Positions 17,606 to 27,387 of a DNA stretch of 64,000 bases are shown here, one piece after another; positions within the stretch are counted from its first letter, which is position 1, and every line of letters starts with the position of its first letter. The stretch is from a phage. The notes beneath the pieces were generated by a model. It worked only from the letters and a program-made list of their open reading frames with translations. It was not told the DNA's origin and did not search any database. Location: sequence record PZ583742.1; one strand, 5' to 3'. Both the position numbers and the translations under genes were made by a program.

Positions 17606-18352
17606 TTATGAAGTCACTGTTTGTTCGGCTACTAACAATGCGGAGGTTATTGTAAAGTTGCCGCCATTTGGCATAACAGTTATAGCTGTACCATTGGTTG
17701 CCATTGCCTCATCTTTATCAATGCTAAAGAACGTTGTAAAAGACAAAATATCTGTAGCATTTTCCGGACGATTCTGTATATAAGTGTTTCCGTTGGTTCC
17801 AACGAAATTTAATGTTATACTTCGAGCTTGCGAGGCTCCTGCAAAATTACCAATAAGGTTGAGTTTAAACATTAGGCTTCTGTCTTGGTTATATGGCCAC
17901 AACTTATCATCAGTGGTTCTAAAAAACGGAGATAGAGTCCCTGCAGTCGGTGGAATCCCCTTTAAAACACTAATTATGTTTGAAGTCGTACCATTAGTTA
18001 ATAGAACGTTTATACCACTCCAAAACACCTCGGATTTTTCCCTCTTTCCTGCTGTATCAGTTAAAAAATCATCAACAGTTCCTGTATTTCCCAAGTCAAG
18101 CCATATCTGATAAGAAGATTTTCCATCCCCACCCGGTTCTCCTTTTGGTCCGGGTACACCCGGTTCTCCTTTGGGACCAGGCGGACCCGGTATCTGAGTT
18201 TCCGAGCTGGACATAGTTTGGAAAAAACGCTCTTTGCTATCTGTAGGGGTATTCGGCAACACCATAGTAGAACCAAACAAATACCAATTATCAGCCAAGG
18301 CAGCCTGGACTTTTTCATTGAGTTCATCAACAGTTCTTCCGGATAAAATCAT
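17606..18352 (-). CDS. collagen-like repeat protein with tail-fibre-type motif and beta-rich C-terminal domain
   Basis: Minus-strand 248 aa ORF with RBS AAAGGAG 8 nt before ATG; seven G-X-Y triplets (GPPGPKGEPGVPGPKGEPGGDG) followed by KSSYQIWLDLGNTGTVDDFL, then N/T/S/G-rich C-terminal domain. Confidence 0.7.
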   Translation of the reverse strand: MILSGRTVDELNEKVQAALADNWYLFGSTMVLPNTPTDSKERFFQTMSSSETQIPGPPGPKGEPGVPGPKGEPGGDGKSSYQIWLDLGNTGTVDDFLTDTAGKREKSEVFWSGINVLLTNGTTSNIISVLKGIPPTAGTLSPFFRTTDDKLWPYNQDRSLMFKLNLIGNFAGASQARSITLNFVGTNGNTYIQNRPENATDILSFTTFFSIDKDEAMATNGTAITVMPNGGNFTITSALLVAEQTVTS

Positions 18353-18397
18353 AAACTTTCTCCTTTATGGTTTTATTAAGTATTTTTATTTAGTATA

Positions 18398-18429
18398 TGT
18401 GTACAACCAGATGGTCATGATGCATAATG
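18398..18429 (+). promoter_or_regulatory. early promoter-like element TGTACA-N17-CATAAT
   Basis: TGTACA 18400-18405, CATAAT 18423-18428; lies in the divergent region between minus-strand collagen-like gene and + strand genes. Confidence 0.45.
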
Positions 18430-18469
18430 ATTCCATACTGAGTTACCAAATAAACAAACGGAGAATAAA

Positions 18470-18676
18470 ATGTTAGAATTAATCAAAGCTGCTGGTGAAA
18501 AAGGTCTGATGGTTAACACTCGTGACCCTGAACAACGTCAAGCATTTGGTGAGTTAAAAGCCAAAGGTCTGGTTAAAGCATCCCTTGGTATTGGTAATGC
18601 TTTGCGTGTGACTTTGACCCCTGCAGGTAAAGCAATGTTCTTCCCTAAACCATTACCAAAACGTCGTCGCAAGTGA
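18470..18676 (+). CDS. small basic protein
   Basis: ORF downstream of TGTACA-N17-CATAAT promoter; RBS GGAGAA. Confidence 0.45.
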   Translation: MLELIKAAGEKGLMVNTRDPEQRQAFGELKAKGLVKASLGIGNALRVTLTPAGKAMFFPKPLPKRRRK

Positions 18677-18682
18677 GGAATT

Positions 18683-18985
18683 ATGAAAAAGTATGAACTT
18701 GACATGATTGAGGCATGTCTGAAATCTGCTGACCATTTTAAGTTGAAAATGCACAAGTTAAGAGGAATGGTCAAAACCCCAGAAGAGAAGAAGCGATATG
18801 CTCTGAAGGAGAAATGTAAAGCTCTTATCATGATGGATAAGTTGCAAATAGTCGCCGCAGAAGCTCACAGGGCACGTAAAGCTGAGGCCCTTGGTGTTTA
18901 TATGGCAGAGCAGCTCCATCGCGCCCAGCAAGCCGTTAAGAGCGTCTGGTTCAGTGGTGAAAATACTGAAAGAACTTTTAATTAA
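18683..18985 (+). CDS. hypothetical protein
   Basis: ORF with RBS GAGGAA. Confidence 0.45.
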   Translation: MKKYELDMIEACLKSADHFKLKMHKLRGMVKTPEEKKRYALKEKCKALIMMDKLQIVAAEAHRARKAEALGVYMAEQLHRAQQAVKSVWFSGENTERTFN

Positions 18986-18986
18986 A

Positions 18987-19018
18987 TGTGTACATGGTAT
19001 GGGGATAGACGTATAATG
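18987..19018 (+). promoter_or_regulatory. early promoter-like element TGTACA-N17-TATAAT
   Basis: TGTACA 18989-18994, TATAAT 19012-19017. Confidence 0.5.
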
Positions 19019-19053
19019 TTCCCATACTGAGTTACCAAATACTGGAGAATAAA

Positions 19054-19578
19054 ATGGAAGCCAAATCAATCTTTAATCTGATTAATTACAATAATGGTAA
19101 TTTTAAATCAGAAGCACAAAGCAAGTTCTTTAATGATGTTGCTTGTGCTGGTGAGATTACAGTATCAGGTGGTCAAACTTATAAAAACACCTGGAACTGG
19201 ATTGTGACTGTTGATTCAGTTGGTATTGTTGATGTGTATAAAAACACCAATAAAAACCGCTCCTTGTTCTGGTCAAGAGAGACTAATGCTGAGTATCAGG
19301 CGACAAGAGCAAAGAAAAATATGCCTACTGAATCTGATGTACAAAACATCAAATCAGATATCCAATATTATGATGGTCTGATTGCTGAACAACAAGTGGT
19401 GCTTGATAAGTTCAATGAAATCAAAGCATGTAAAGAGATTCCTGAATTCATGCGGGAATCAGTTAATGAACAATACAATCTCACTTCAGAGCGTATTGAA
19501 ACCTATACCAAACAAAGAGCAGAGCGCCAGGTACTCCTTCAGAAGTTTGAAGAGCGTTTAAAGACGGTTCTCGCATAA
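19054..19578 (+). CDS. hypothetical protein with C-terminal helical region
   Basis: ORF downstream of TGTACA-N17-TATAAT promoter; RBS TGGAGAA. Confidence 0.5.
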   Translation: MEAKSIFNLINYNNGNFKSEAQSKFFNDVACAGEITVSGGQTYKNTWNWIVTVDSVGIVDVYKNTNKNRSLFWSRETNAEYQATRAKKNMPTESDVQNIKSDIQYYDGLIAEQQVVLDKFNEIKACKEIPEFMRESVNEQYNLTSERIETYTKQRAERQVLLQKFEERLKTVLA

Positions 19579-19641
19579 ACGCTTTATACCAAGGATGGTA
19601 TAATGGTTCTGACCTTTGATTAATCTATTGAGGAAATTATT

Positions 19642-20490
19642 ATGTCACAAGCAATTAATGAAATTCGTTCTGAAGTTAAAAAAGTTGTTAAATTTAACAG
19701 TATTCCAAGCACTAAAGATGTGGTTTTAAATGTTTTATATATGATGTGGAATAAGTTCAATGTTTGTACTAATTCCGCTGAATTCACTAAAATCTTTGAA
19801 AAGACCACTGGTCTTCTTACATTAGAAGACCGAGTCATGAAATCTCTTCATCGTTCAGGTATGTTGTCTCGTGCTAATGCCAAAATTCTACTTAAAAATT
19901 ATAATAAAGGCTATGACCTTTATGGTCGTGCGATTAGCACCATGACGTTTGATGAAGTGGTTAAAGACCTTTGGAAAAACCAGCGCCGTTTATTGGCATT
20001 AGGCGCTCGTTTAGCAAGCGGTCAAGATAAACAAATGACCTTTAAAACCAATAATTCTTTAGATTATAAACTATTTAATGTTATTAAAGGTCAAAAAGAA
20101 GGTGAATACAGTATTTCTTCTTTTAGTGGATGTCAATATGATAATTGGAAATTCCATCTTCGTTTGGCATTGTCTGTACTGGAATGTCACGGCATTCTTA
20201 CCTTTTATGATGTTAAAACTGGAGGCGTCCAGCGTATTAAACTATGTCAAATTAAAGACCAAGTTGAAGTCGAGAGCCCCATTGAACAAGCTCCTAAAAT
20301 GGAACCTGTTCCAGTGCGAAGCAATGAAAAATATTCAGAGCAAATTGAGCTTTTCACTAAACAGATTGAAGAGCTTAACATCACCATCCAGCAGCAAGAT
20401 GATGAAATTTTCCGTCTGTCAGGACTGAATAGCGCAGCGAAAGCCGAACGTCAGAAACTGATGAACGTTATTGAATTGCTTAAGGATTAA
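19642..20490 (+). CDS. hypothetical protein (282 aa) with C-terminal coiled coil
   Basis: ORF with RBS GAGGAAA; C-terminal 50 aa heptad-like. Confidence 0.5.
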   Translation: MSQAINEIRSEVKKVVKFNSIPSTKDVVLNVLYMMWNKFNVCTNSAEFTKIFEKTTGLLTLEDRVMKSLHRSGMLSRANAKILLKNYNKGYDLYGRAISTMTFDEVVKDLWKNQRRLLALGARLASGQDKQMTFKTNNSLDYKLFNVIKGQKEGEYSISSFSGCQYDNWKFHLRLALSVLECHGILTFYDVKTGGVQRIKLCQIKDQVEVESPIEQAPKMEPVPVRSNEKYSEQIELFTKQIEELNITIQQQDDEIFRLSGLNSAAKAERQKLMNVIELLKD

Positions 20491-20574
20491 TTATGGAATG
20501 GCTTGCTGTTCTTGGTTATGCAATCGTTGCCACAGGTATTCTGTGGCTGATATTCTCAAATATTGTAGGTTAAT

Positions 20575-20790
20575 ATGGAAATTGTAGGTTTTATTCTCCT
20601 TTACTTTGTGCTAGGATTCATGACGACCATTATCATTCATAAATCGGGTGATTGGAATCCAATCGAAATTGAATCAAGCTATGATGCAGTATTCATTACA
20701 CTAGTATGGCCTCTGCTTTGGTTTGTTTTGGCAATTATGATGGTGTGTTGGCCTATTGCTAAATTCTATGAAAAATTATTTGGACTATGA
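20575..20790 (+). CDS. small membrane protein
   Basis: Two hydrophobic segments. Confidence 0.4.
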   Translation: MEIVGFILLYFVLGFMTTIIIHKSGDWNPIEIESSYDAVFITLVWPLLWFVLAIMMVCWPIAKFYEKLFGL

Positions 20791-20791
20791 T

Positions 20792-21691
20792 ATGAAAATT
20801 AAAACACGTAAAGAATACGCTAGTAGTTATGAACCACATGACGGTCGTGTGACTCGTCTTATCGCAATGAATTCTTTGGTTAACTTTGGCAAAATCAAAT
20901 CAGGTTCTGCTACCCAGGGGTATGGTCAACGTATTGTAAGAATTAACTCTCTGAATGATTACTGCCGTCGCCCAGCGTTTTTGTTTGGTGCCACGGTTCG
21001 TAAGAGTATCAAGGAAATTCTGGCCGGCGGATTTCGTATTCGCAAAGCTCCGGTTAACATCAAGAACTATAATTTTAACTCTGACAACTTGATTATCAAT
21101 ATTAAGAATGATGGTGTACAGATTAAGTTCAAACCAACTACCAAGGGCGATGTTGCTCTTTGTCATAACTTTAAAGAGGTTATGGGTATTGCGCTGTTTT
21201 ATATGCGCCATGCTGTTGAATCGTACACGTTTGATGAAGATACAAATTATATCCACCAAACGGAAAAATTCCTCAAAACTATAGCCATTGATATTAAATT
21301 GACTAAAGAATATCTTTTATCTTATGCTCCTTATCAAGAGAAAAATGAACCAGAAGATAAAAAGGAACCAGAAATGGAACGTATCCCTACCGCATCATAT
21401 GGCCCAGCATTTGCAGGTCAGTTTAAATCTTACGACCAGACTAAAATTTCACCACTGGAAGTTAAAAATATGTATCAATGGAAAATCCAGCCAAACAGCT
21501 CTCTTGAAATCTTTAACCCACCAATGAAGCCTATTGAGAGCTATCATGCTGATGCTATCCGGGAATCAGTTAACCGCTTAAATGGTCTGATTGAAGATGA
21601 GAAAAAGGGTATCCAGGATGTTCTGAATCGCATCAAGAATATGGAAAAACAACGCAATAAATTGCAAGCGGCAATCAAAGCATTAAAATAA
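20792..21691 (+). CDS. hypothetical protein (300 aa) with C-terminal coiled coil
   Basis: ATG 20792 overlapping upstream stop; ORF-track frame. Confidence 0.5.
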   Translation: MKIKTRKEYASSYEPHDGRVTRLIAMNSLVNFGKIKSGSATQGYGQRIVRINSLNDYCRRPAFLFGATVRKSIKEILAGGFRIRKAPVNIKNYNFNSDNLIINIKNDGVQIKFKPTTKGDVALCHNFKEVMGIALFYMRHAVESYTFDEDTNYIHQTEKFLKTIAIDIKLTKEYLLSYAPYQEKNEPEDKKEPEMERIPTASYGPAFAGQFKSYDQTKISPLEVKNMYQWKIQPNSSLEIFNPPMKPIESYHADAIRESVNRLNGLIEDEKKGIQDVLNRIKNMEKQRNKLQAAIKALK

Positions 21692-21749
21692 TGTTTACTT
21701 CCAGGGATGGAGGGAGTATAATGAATTCCTACTTTATGAGGAGAACACT

Positions 21750-22742
21750 ATGACACGTAACGAATATATCCGGGCCTTTAACACCACTATCGATGCAAAA
21801 GTAAAACCATTAACAGGTGAATCGGCTATCCTTTCGATTATCAATTCCTGGTTAAATCAGATTGATTCGACTATTGTTGCATCTGGTCGCTTTGAAAAAG
21901 ACATCGCGACTATTGCGAGTCGTGCAGGTAAAGATGATATCAAGAAAACTTTTAAAGGTTCCCGAGTCCTGGCATACCTGGTTAATAAAGACCTTCTTAA
22001 TAAGTTTGGCGTTGAATCCAGACATGGTAAAGGTACAATTGGATATCATTGGTTTGGTGATGTTGAAAAATACTACCTTGATAAACAAGGCTATACTGTT
22101 TCTGAATTCGCAAATTGCTGGGCTCGTGAATTCAGAGATAACAAAATGTCTATCATCAAATCAGCGACAAAATTGATGGGTAGCGATTATCGCACTATCT
22201 CCCATTTGGCTGAGCACATGATAAATGTTAAAGAGTCTGGTGAAAACCAGGTAATTATTACAGTTAAGTATGAATTCTTTACGCCGGTAGCTACTCCAGA
22301 AAATGTCAAAAAGTATCTTGATGTCGCGAGCACGCTTACTTCACAGATGCAGTGTGCCCTTAATTATATGCGTACTGTTGAAAAAATTAAAGTAGACCCT
22401 ATCACCAGTACTCATGGTTGGAAAGGTTGGAAAATTGTGGTGACATTGCGTGAAGTTAAATGCGCAAAACAACCAACTGATGCAGAAATTTATAAAAAGA
22501 AAAGTGAGGAAATTATGAATGCTCCGCATGAAGTTACCACCCTTGAAGACCTGATTGATAATCTGAATAATGAGCCAGTGAAACAAAAAGCGCCTGAAAT
22601 TGTTGCCCTGGAAACAGCGTATAATGAAGCTCTTGCTATTAATAAAAAGGCAACTGAAGACTATACCAAAGCCAAGCGACTTTGGGAAGAATCAACTAAT
22701 CGTCTGGATAAACTGGAACAGGCTCTGGAGCTGCTGAAATGA
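21750..22742 (+). CDS. hypothetical protein (330 aa) with C-terminal coiled coil
   Basis: ORF with RBS GAGGAGAA. Confidence 0.5.
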   Translation: MTRNEYIRAFNTTIDAKVKPLTGESAILSIINSWLNQIDSTIVASGRFEKDIATIASRAGKDDIKKTFKGSRVLAYLVNKDLLNKFGVESRHGKGTIGYHWFGDVEKYYLDKQGYTVSEFANCWAREFRDNKMSIIKSATKLMGSDYRTISHLAEHMINVKESGENQVIITVKYEFFTPVATPENVKKYLDVASTLTSQMQCALNYMRTVEKIKVDPITSTHGWKGWKIVVTLREVKCAKQPTDAEIYKKKSEEIMNAPHEVTTLEDLIDNLNNEPVKQKAPEIVALETAYNEALAINKKATEDYTKAKRLWEESTNRLDKLEQALELLK

Positions 22743-23077
22743 AACAACGTTTAGCTGAAGATATTGCAGAAACTGCATTTCCAGAATGGACCCCCGACGC
22801 GGGGCTTAATAAAGGTCTTTTAAAATTTATTGAAAACGCCGAAGGCGAAGACCTTGTGCAATTGGGGAAGATTCATGGGTTTGATGATTATAGTCATGTT
22901 CCTGATTGGGATACGGTAATGGCTATAGTTCGTCGCCGTGAACGTGCTTCTAAACGTGTTCCTAACTGTCCAGAATGTGGAACTGAACAGGTCCAGTTGG
23001 TCCATTGGCAGACTAGTAATCTTCGTTATAAATGCAGACATTGTAAACATAAATTTGAGCGAGAAGAAAATGATTAA
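22739..23077 (+). CDS. zinc-ribbon protein
   Basis: C-terminal CPECG..x17..CRHCKH four-Cys motif. Confidence 0.45.
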   Translation: MKQRLAEDIAETAFPEWTPDAGLNKGLLKFIENAEGEDLVQLGKIHGFDDYSHVPDWDTVMAIVRRRERASKRVPNCPECGTEQVQLVHWQTSNLRYKCRHCKHKFEREEND

Positions 23078-23249
23078 TTTAGATGAATTAAAAAGGCTTA
23101 AAGAAAAGTGTGCTCTTGGTATCGATGACTTTGCAAAACAAATTTGTGAAGTCCAGCCCATGCCAGATAATTTAGTGTCAGACATCCTGGAAGCACTTGA
23201 TGGTAAATCACTTGTAATCAGTCCGCGAGACGAAAATGGCAAAGCGTAA
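23070..23249 (+). CDS. hypothetical protein
   Basis: ATG 23070 overlapping upstream stop. Confidence 0.35.
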   Translation: MINLDELKRLKEKCALGIDDFAKQICEVQPMPDNLVSDILEALDGKSLVISPRDENGKA

Positions 23250-23481
23250 AGAATATGTTGAGACCGCCGAAAGAGTGGTCCGTGAATTAACTCTGGCCTA
23301 TTATAAAGAACACGGTAAATTTCCGGATAGTTATTCGGTATTGAAATCCGCTTTAACTCGTTCGTATAATAATATCCTTACTGAAGTGCATGATATCAGA
23401 AATGCACACCTTAAAGAAACCGGGACAGAGCTAGACCGCTCTGAAGTATTCAAACAAGTATTAGGAATTCAAGATGTTTAA
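23236..23481 (+). CDS. hypothetical protein
   Basis: ORF overlapping neighbours. Confidence 0.4.
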   Translation: MAKRKEYVETAERVVRELTLAYYKEHGKFPDSYSVLKSALTRSYNNILTEVHDIRNAHLKETGTELDRSEVFKQVLGIQDV

Positions 23482-23737
23482 AGTATATGGTTACGATTCA
23501 AACATTCATCGTTGCGTTTTCTGTGACAATGCAAAACGTTTACTTGACGTTAAAAAACAACCTTACGAGTTCATCAATGTTATGCCGGAAAAAGGTGTAT
23601 TTGATGATGAGAAGATTGCTCAACTCCTGGCTGCGCTTGGTCGCGAATCTCAAATTGGTTTGACCATGCCACAGGTATTTGCCCCAGACGGAAGTCATAT
23701 TGGTGGCTTCGACCAACTGCGAGAATATTTTAAATGA
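23474..23737 (+). CDS. nrdC: glutaredoxin/thioredoxin (NrdC)
   Basis: [47 protein letters not shown] is near-identical to T4 NrdC; CxxC active site. Confidence 0.92.
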   Translation: MFKVYGYDSNIHRCVFCDNAKRLLDVKKQPYEFINVMPEKGVFDDEKIAQLLAALGRESQIGLTMPQVFAPDGSHIGGFDQLREYFK

Positions 23738-23901
23738 TTGAATTATCGTTGGGTGTTTTGTATCTTATCATCGGTATTGGTTATGCTAAGACCCTAGCTA
23801 AATTAGATGATTTCGGTGCAGGTGACTTTTGTTGGTGGCTGACGTCTATGATTTGTTGGCCTTTATTTCTGGTTGGTGCTTCATTCTGGAACTTTAAATG
23901 A
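23734..23901 (+). CDS. small membrane protein (55 aa)
   Basis: ATG overlaps nrdC stop (ATGA); hydrophobic; below ORF-track size cutoff. Confidence 0.35.
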   Translation: MIELSLGVLYLIIGIGYAKTLAKLDDFGAGDFCWWLTSMICWPLFLVGASFWNFK

Positions 23902-23923
23902 TTGACGAATTTATGGTGGAATT

Positions 23924-24232
23924 ATGAGTGAATTAGACGGACAAACAATTTATCTGGGTGACGGTAAAGAAGACGACCTGGAATATAAACTATACGAATA
24001 CATGGTCGCCCTGGCGAAAGCAGAAGGTATTGACTTTGCTGTGGCTAACCCGTATGGTGAGAACACTGTTGTAATTGGTGGCACTGCTTATGAAGTCCAA
24101 TGGCAATACGTTGGGCTTGAATCTGAAGTATATGAAGAAGATAAGCATGGCGATTGGCATCCGGTTGGTCCTTGGTACTGGGATGACGGCGAGCCCGATT
24201 TTGAAGTAAGTTGTTATTGGTGTGACCGTTAA
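23924..24232 (+). CDS. hypothetical protein
   Basis: ORF-track ORF. Confidence 0.45.
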   Translation: MSELDGQTIYLGDGKEDDLEYKLYEYMVALAKAEGIDFAVANPYGENTVVIGGTAYEVQWQYVGLESEVYEEDKHGDWHPVGPWYWDDGEPDFEVSCYWCDR

Positions 24233-24348
24233 GCCATGGTATACCGCTCGATGGGAAACTGTCGAGCCAGAGGAACCTGTTTACAACGATTCCGAAATAG
24301 ATTATAATGAACCTTCAAACAATGATTTAATTGATATGGAGTTTGGAT

Positions 24349-24522
24349 ATGAGTACCAAAATTGAAGTTGGCCGTCATAAAGGCCGTCTGATTGAGCATT
24401 CGCTTTACGAATTGTCGGATTCTCGTAAGTTACCCGATGAAGAATCTGCTTTAATTTTTGCTGCAGCTGACTACATTCATTGGCTTGAAGCTCAACTCCG
24501 CTTTTCTGATGAGGCCTTTTAA
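24349..24522 (+). CDS. hypothetical protein
   Basis: ATG 24349 in ORF-track frame. Confidence 0.35.
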   Translation: MSTKIEVGRHKGRLIEHSLYELSDSRKLPDEESALIFAAADYIHWLEAQLRFSDEAF

Positions 24523-24794
24523 TGTTTTTAGAAATTGTTAATATTCATGCTGCTGCTCAATCAGGTTTTATGAAAGAGCTTCAAGACGCAGGATTTAAAA
24601 ATGGCGATGTTATCCAGGCGTTAAGACAACGTTTTGACCCTGATGTTGAATGTAATGTTTGGGACGTTGTTGAAACAGATGAATACCTTTTTGATACCAT
24701 AGAAATTGAAGGGTCATGGGCCTGTATCACTGAGTATATGATAATTGATAATGGTAACGTTGACTGCCATTATCCTTGTTTTAGGATTGTTTAA
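24522..24794 (+). CDS. hypothetical protein
   Basis: ORF overlapping upstream stop. Confidence 0.4.
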   Translation: MFLEIVNIHAAAQSGFMKELQDAGFKNGDVIQALRQRFDPDVECNVWDVVETDEYLFDTIEIEGSWACITEYMIIDNGNVDCHYPCFRIV

Positions 24795-24970
24795 TGAAAA
24801 CTGCATTAGTCTATACCGAAAAGTTAAACGGTGGCAAGGTCTGGAAACTCCTTATCAAAGGAAGTCCTACTGACCAGTTTATGGCCACCTGTGTGGGATT
24901 GTATACTCGTCCTACCAAAAAGATGATTCGTCAATTTAAACGGTTACACCGTTCGTTCTATGGGGTCTGA
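24794..24970 (+). CDS. small hypothetical protein (58 aa)
   Basis: ATG overlaps upstream stop; below ORF-track size cutoff. Confidence 0.3.
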   Translation: MKTALVYTEKLNGGKVWKLLIKGSPTDQFMATCVGLYTRPTKKMIRQFKRLHRSFYGV

Positions 24971-25062
24971 TATGGATGCTCTTATTACGGTATTTTGGGC
25001 CGGAGTTGCTTTATTCGGATTGTTGTTAGTGCTAAGTTGCACTGCTAAACTATTAGGATATT

Positions 25063-25096
25063 AATAAATACCCTTATCTAATAATGGTAAGGGTTT
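25063..25096 (+). promoter_or_regulatory. RBS-sequestering hairpin with late-promoter-like AATAAATA upstream of gene 49
   Basis: Inverted repeat accctta (25070-25076) / taagggt (25088-25094) pairs the AAGGG RBS of gene 49; AATAAATA (7/8 of TATAAATA) at 25063-25070. Confidence 0.45.
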
Positions 25097-25099
25097 ATT

Positions 25100-25573
25100 A
25101 TGTTGTTGACTGGCAAATTATACAAAGAAGAAAAACAAAAACTTTATGATGCACAAGCTGGTAAGTGTCCAATTTGCCACCGTGATTTGGACTCTGATGT
25201 TCAGGCTAACCATCTTGACCATGACCACGAATTGAACGGACCAAAAGCCGGTAAGGTTCGCGGGTTACTATGCAATCTGTGCAATGGAACAGAAGGACAA
25301 ATGAAGCATAAGTTCAGCCGTTCGGGTCTAAAAAGTCGCGATGTTGACTACCTGGAATGGTTAGAGAGTTTGCTTGTCTATCTGAAATCTGATTATACCG
25401 AAAACAATATCCACCCTAATTTTGTAACAGACAAAGCCAAAGAGTTTGGTCGTCTGGGGAAAGAAGAAATGATTCGGGAAATGCTTTTGAATGGTATGAC
25501 TTATAATGAATCTGACACCAAAACACAATTAATGGCTTCATTTAAGAAGCAGCTTAGAAAGAGTTTAAAATGA
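25100..25573 (+). CDS. 49: endonuclease VII (Holliday junction resolvase)
   Basis: MLLTGKLYKEEKQK..GKCPICHRDL..HLDHDHELNGPKAGKVRGLLCNLCN..KKQLRKSLK is near-identical to T4 gp49. Confidence 0.95.
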   Translation: MLLTGKLYKEEKQKLYDAQAGKCPICHRDLDSDVQANHLDHDHELNGPKAGKVRGLLCNLCNGTEGQMKHKFSRSGLKSRDVDYLEWLESLLVYLKSDYTENNIHPNFVTDKAKEFGRLGKEEMIREMLLNGMTYNESDTKTQLMASFKKQLRKSLK

Positions 25574-27387
25574 CAATTGAAAACGAAATTGAAGGATTGA
25601 TTCATAAAACTAATAAAGACCTTTTAAACGAGAATGCTAATAAAGATTCTCGTGTTTTTCCAACTCAACGGGACCTTATGGCTGGTATTGTATCTAAACA
25701 CATTGCCAAAAATATGGTCGCGTCTTTTATTATGAAAGCACATGAAAGCGGAATTATTCATTTCCATGATATTGATTATTCCCCTGCTCTTCCATTTACT
25801 AATTGTTGTTTAGTAGATTTAAAAGGAATGCTTGAGAACGGGTTTAAGCTCGGTAACGCACAGATTGAAACTCCTAAATCAATCAGTGTTGCTACTGCAA
25901 TTATGGCACAAATTACTGCGCAGGTTGCTTCCCATCAATATGGCGGAACGACTTTTGCGAATGTGGATAAAGTACTTTCTCCTTATGTTAAACGTACCTA
26001 TGCGAAACATATTGAAGATGCAGAAAAATGGCAAATCACTGATGCATTGAATTATGCCCAATCTAAAACAGAAAAAGACGTATATGATGCATTCCAAGCT
26101 TATGAATATGAAGTAAATACTCTCTTTAGTTCAAACGGACAAACGCCTTTTGTGACAATTACATTTGGCACGGGAACTGACTGGACCGAACGAATGATTC
26201 AGAAAGCAATTCTGAAAAATCGTATTAAAGGTCTTGGTCGTGATGGGATAACTCCTATTTTCCCTAAACTTGTTATGTTTGTTGAAGAAGGTGTTAATCT
26301 TTATAAAGACGACCCGAACTATGATATTAAGCAGCTTGCTTTAGAGTGTGCAAGCAAAAGAATGTATCCTGACATCATTTCGGCTAAGAACAATAAAGCT
26401 ATCACCGGTTCATCTATTCCTGTTTCTCCAATGGGTTGCCGTAGTTTCTTGAGCGTATGGAAAGATTCGACTGGTAATGAAATTCTTGATGGACGTAATA
26501 ATCTTGGTGTTGTAACACTGAATCTTCCTCGCATTGCATTAGATTCTTATATTGGAACACAATTCAATGAACAGAAATTTGATGAATTATTCAATGAGCG
26601 AATGGATTTATGTTTTGAAGCTTTGATGTGTAGAATTAGTTCCTTAAAAGGAGTTAAAGCGACTGTTGCTCCTATTCTTTACCAAGAAGGTGCATTTGGG
26701 GTTCGTCTTAAACCTGATGACGATATAATTGAGTTATTTAAAAATGGCAGAAGTTCAGTGTCTTTAGGATACATCGGTATTCACGAATTGAATATTCTTG
26801 TCGGTCGTGATATTGGACAGGAAATTTTGACTAAAATGAATGCTCGTCTTAAGCAGTGGACCGAAAGAACCGGATTTGCTTTTAGCTTGTATTCTACTCC
26901 TGCTGAAAACCTGTGTTATCGCTTCTGTAAACTCGATGCCGAAAAATATGGAAGTGTAAAAGATGTTACCGATAAAGGCTGGTACACTAACAGTTTCCAC
27001 GTTTCAGTAGAAGAAAATATTACCCCGTTTGAAAAGATTTCTCGTGAAGCCCCATATCATTTCATTGCGACAGGTGGTCACATTTCTTATGTTGAACTTC
27101 CTGATATGAAAAATAACCTAAAAGGTCTTGAGGCTGCATGGGATTATGCTGCACAACATTTAGATTATTTTGGTGTTAATATGCCAGTAGATAAATGTTT
27201 TACGTGTGGAAGTACTCATGAAATGACTCCTACTGAAAACGGATTTGTTTGTTCCATTTGTGGAGAAACTGACCCTAAAAAGATGAACACAATAAGAAGA
27301 ACATGTGGCTATTTGGGAAATCCGAACGAACGCGGGTTTAATCTTGGCAAAAATAAAGAAATCATGCATAGGGTTAAACATCAATGA
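25570..27387 (+). CDS. nrdD: anaerobic ribonucleoside-triphosphate reductase (class III)
   Basis: 605 aa; C-terminal zinc site CFTCGS..CSICG and glycyl-radical motif RRTCGYLG; uninterrupted (no intron). Confidence 0.92.
   Translation: MTIENEIEGLIHKTNKDLLNENANKDSRVFPTQRDLMAGIVSKHIAKNMVASFIMKAHESGIIHFHDIDYSPALPFTNCCLVDLKGMLENGFKLGNAQIETPKSISVATAIMAQITAQVASHQYGGTTFANVDKVLSPYVKRTYAKHIEDAEKWQITDALNYAQSKTEKDVYDAFQAYEYEVNTLFSSNGQTPFVTITFGTGTDWTERMIQKAILKNRIKGLGRDGITPIFPKLVMFVEEGVNLYKDDPNYDIKQLALECASKRMYPDIISAKNNKAITGSSIPVSPMGCRSFLSVWKDSTGNEILDGRNNLGVVTLNLPRIALDSYIGTQFNEQKFDELFNERMDLCFEALMCRISSLKGVKATVAPILYQEGAFGVRLKPDDDIIELFKNGRSSVSLGYIGIHELNILVGRDIGQEILTKMNARLKQWTERTGFAFSLYSTPAENLCYRFCKLDAEKYGSVKDVTDKGWYTNSFHVSVEENITPFEKISREAPYHFIATGGHISYVELPDMKNNLKGLEAAWDYAAQHLDYFGVNMPVDKCFTCGSTHEMTPTENGFVCSICGETDPKKMNTIRRTCGYLGNPNERGFNLGKNKEIMHRVKHQ

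Noticed and set aside
17568-18110. + strand ORFs 17568..17783, 17784..18110 and 18234..18476 overlapping the collagen-like gene
   Set aside because: The minus-strand ORF is longer, has a canonical AAGGAG RBS and encodes an unmistakable G-X-Y repeat; the + strand ORFs have no RBS and low-complexity translations.
25570-27387. Group I intron with homing endonuclease inside nrdD, as in T4
   Set aside because: nrdD is one uninterrupted 605-codon ORF with the glycyl-radical motif in frame; no intron is present.
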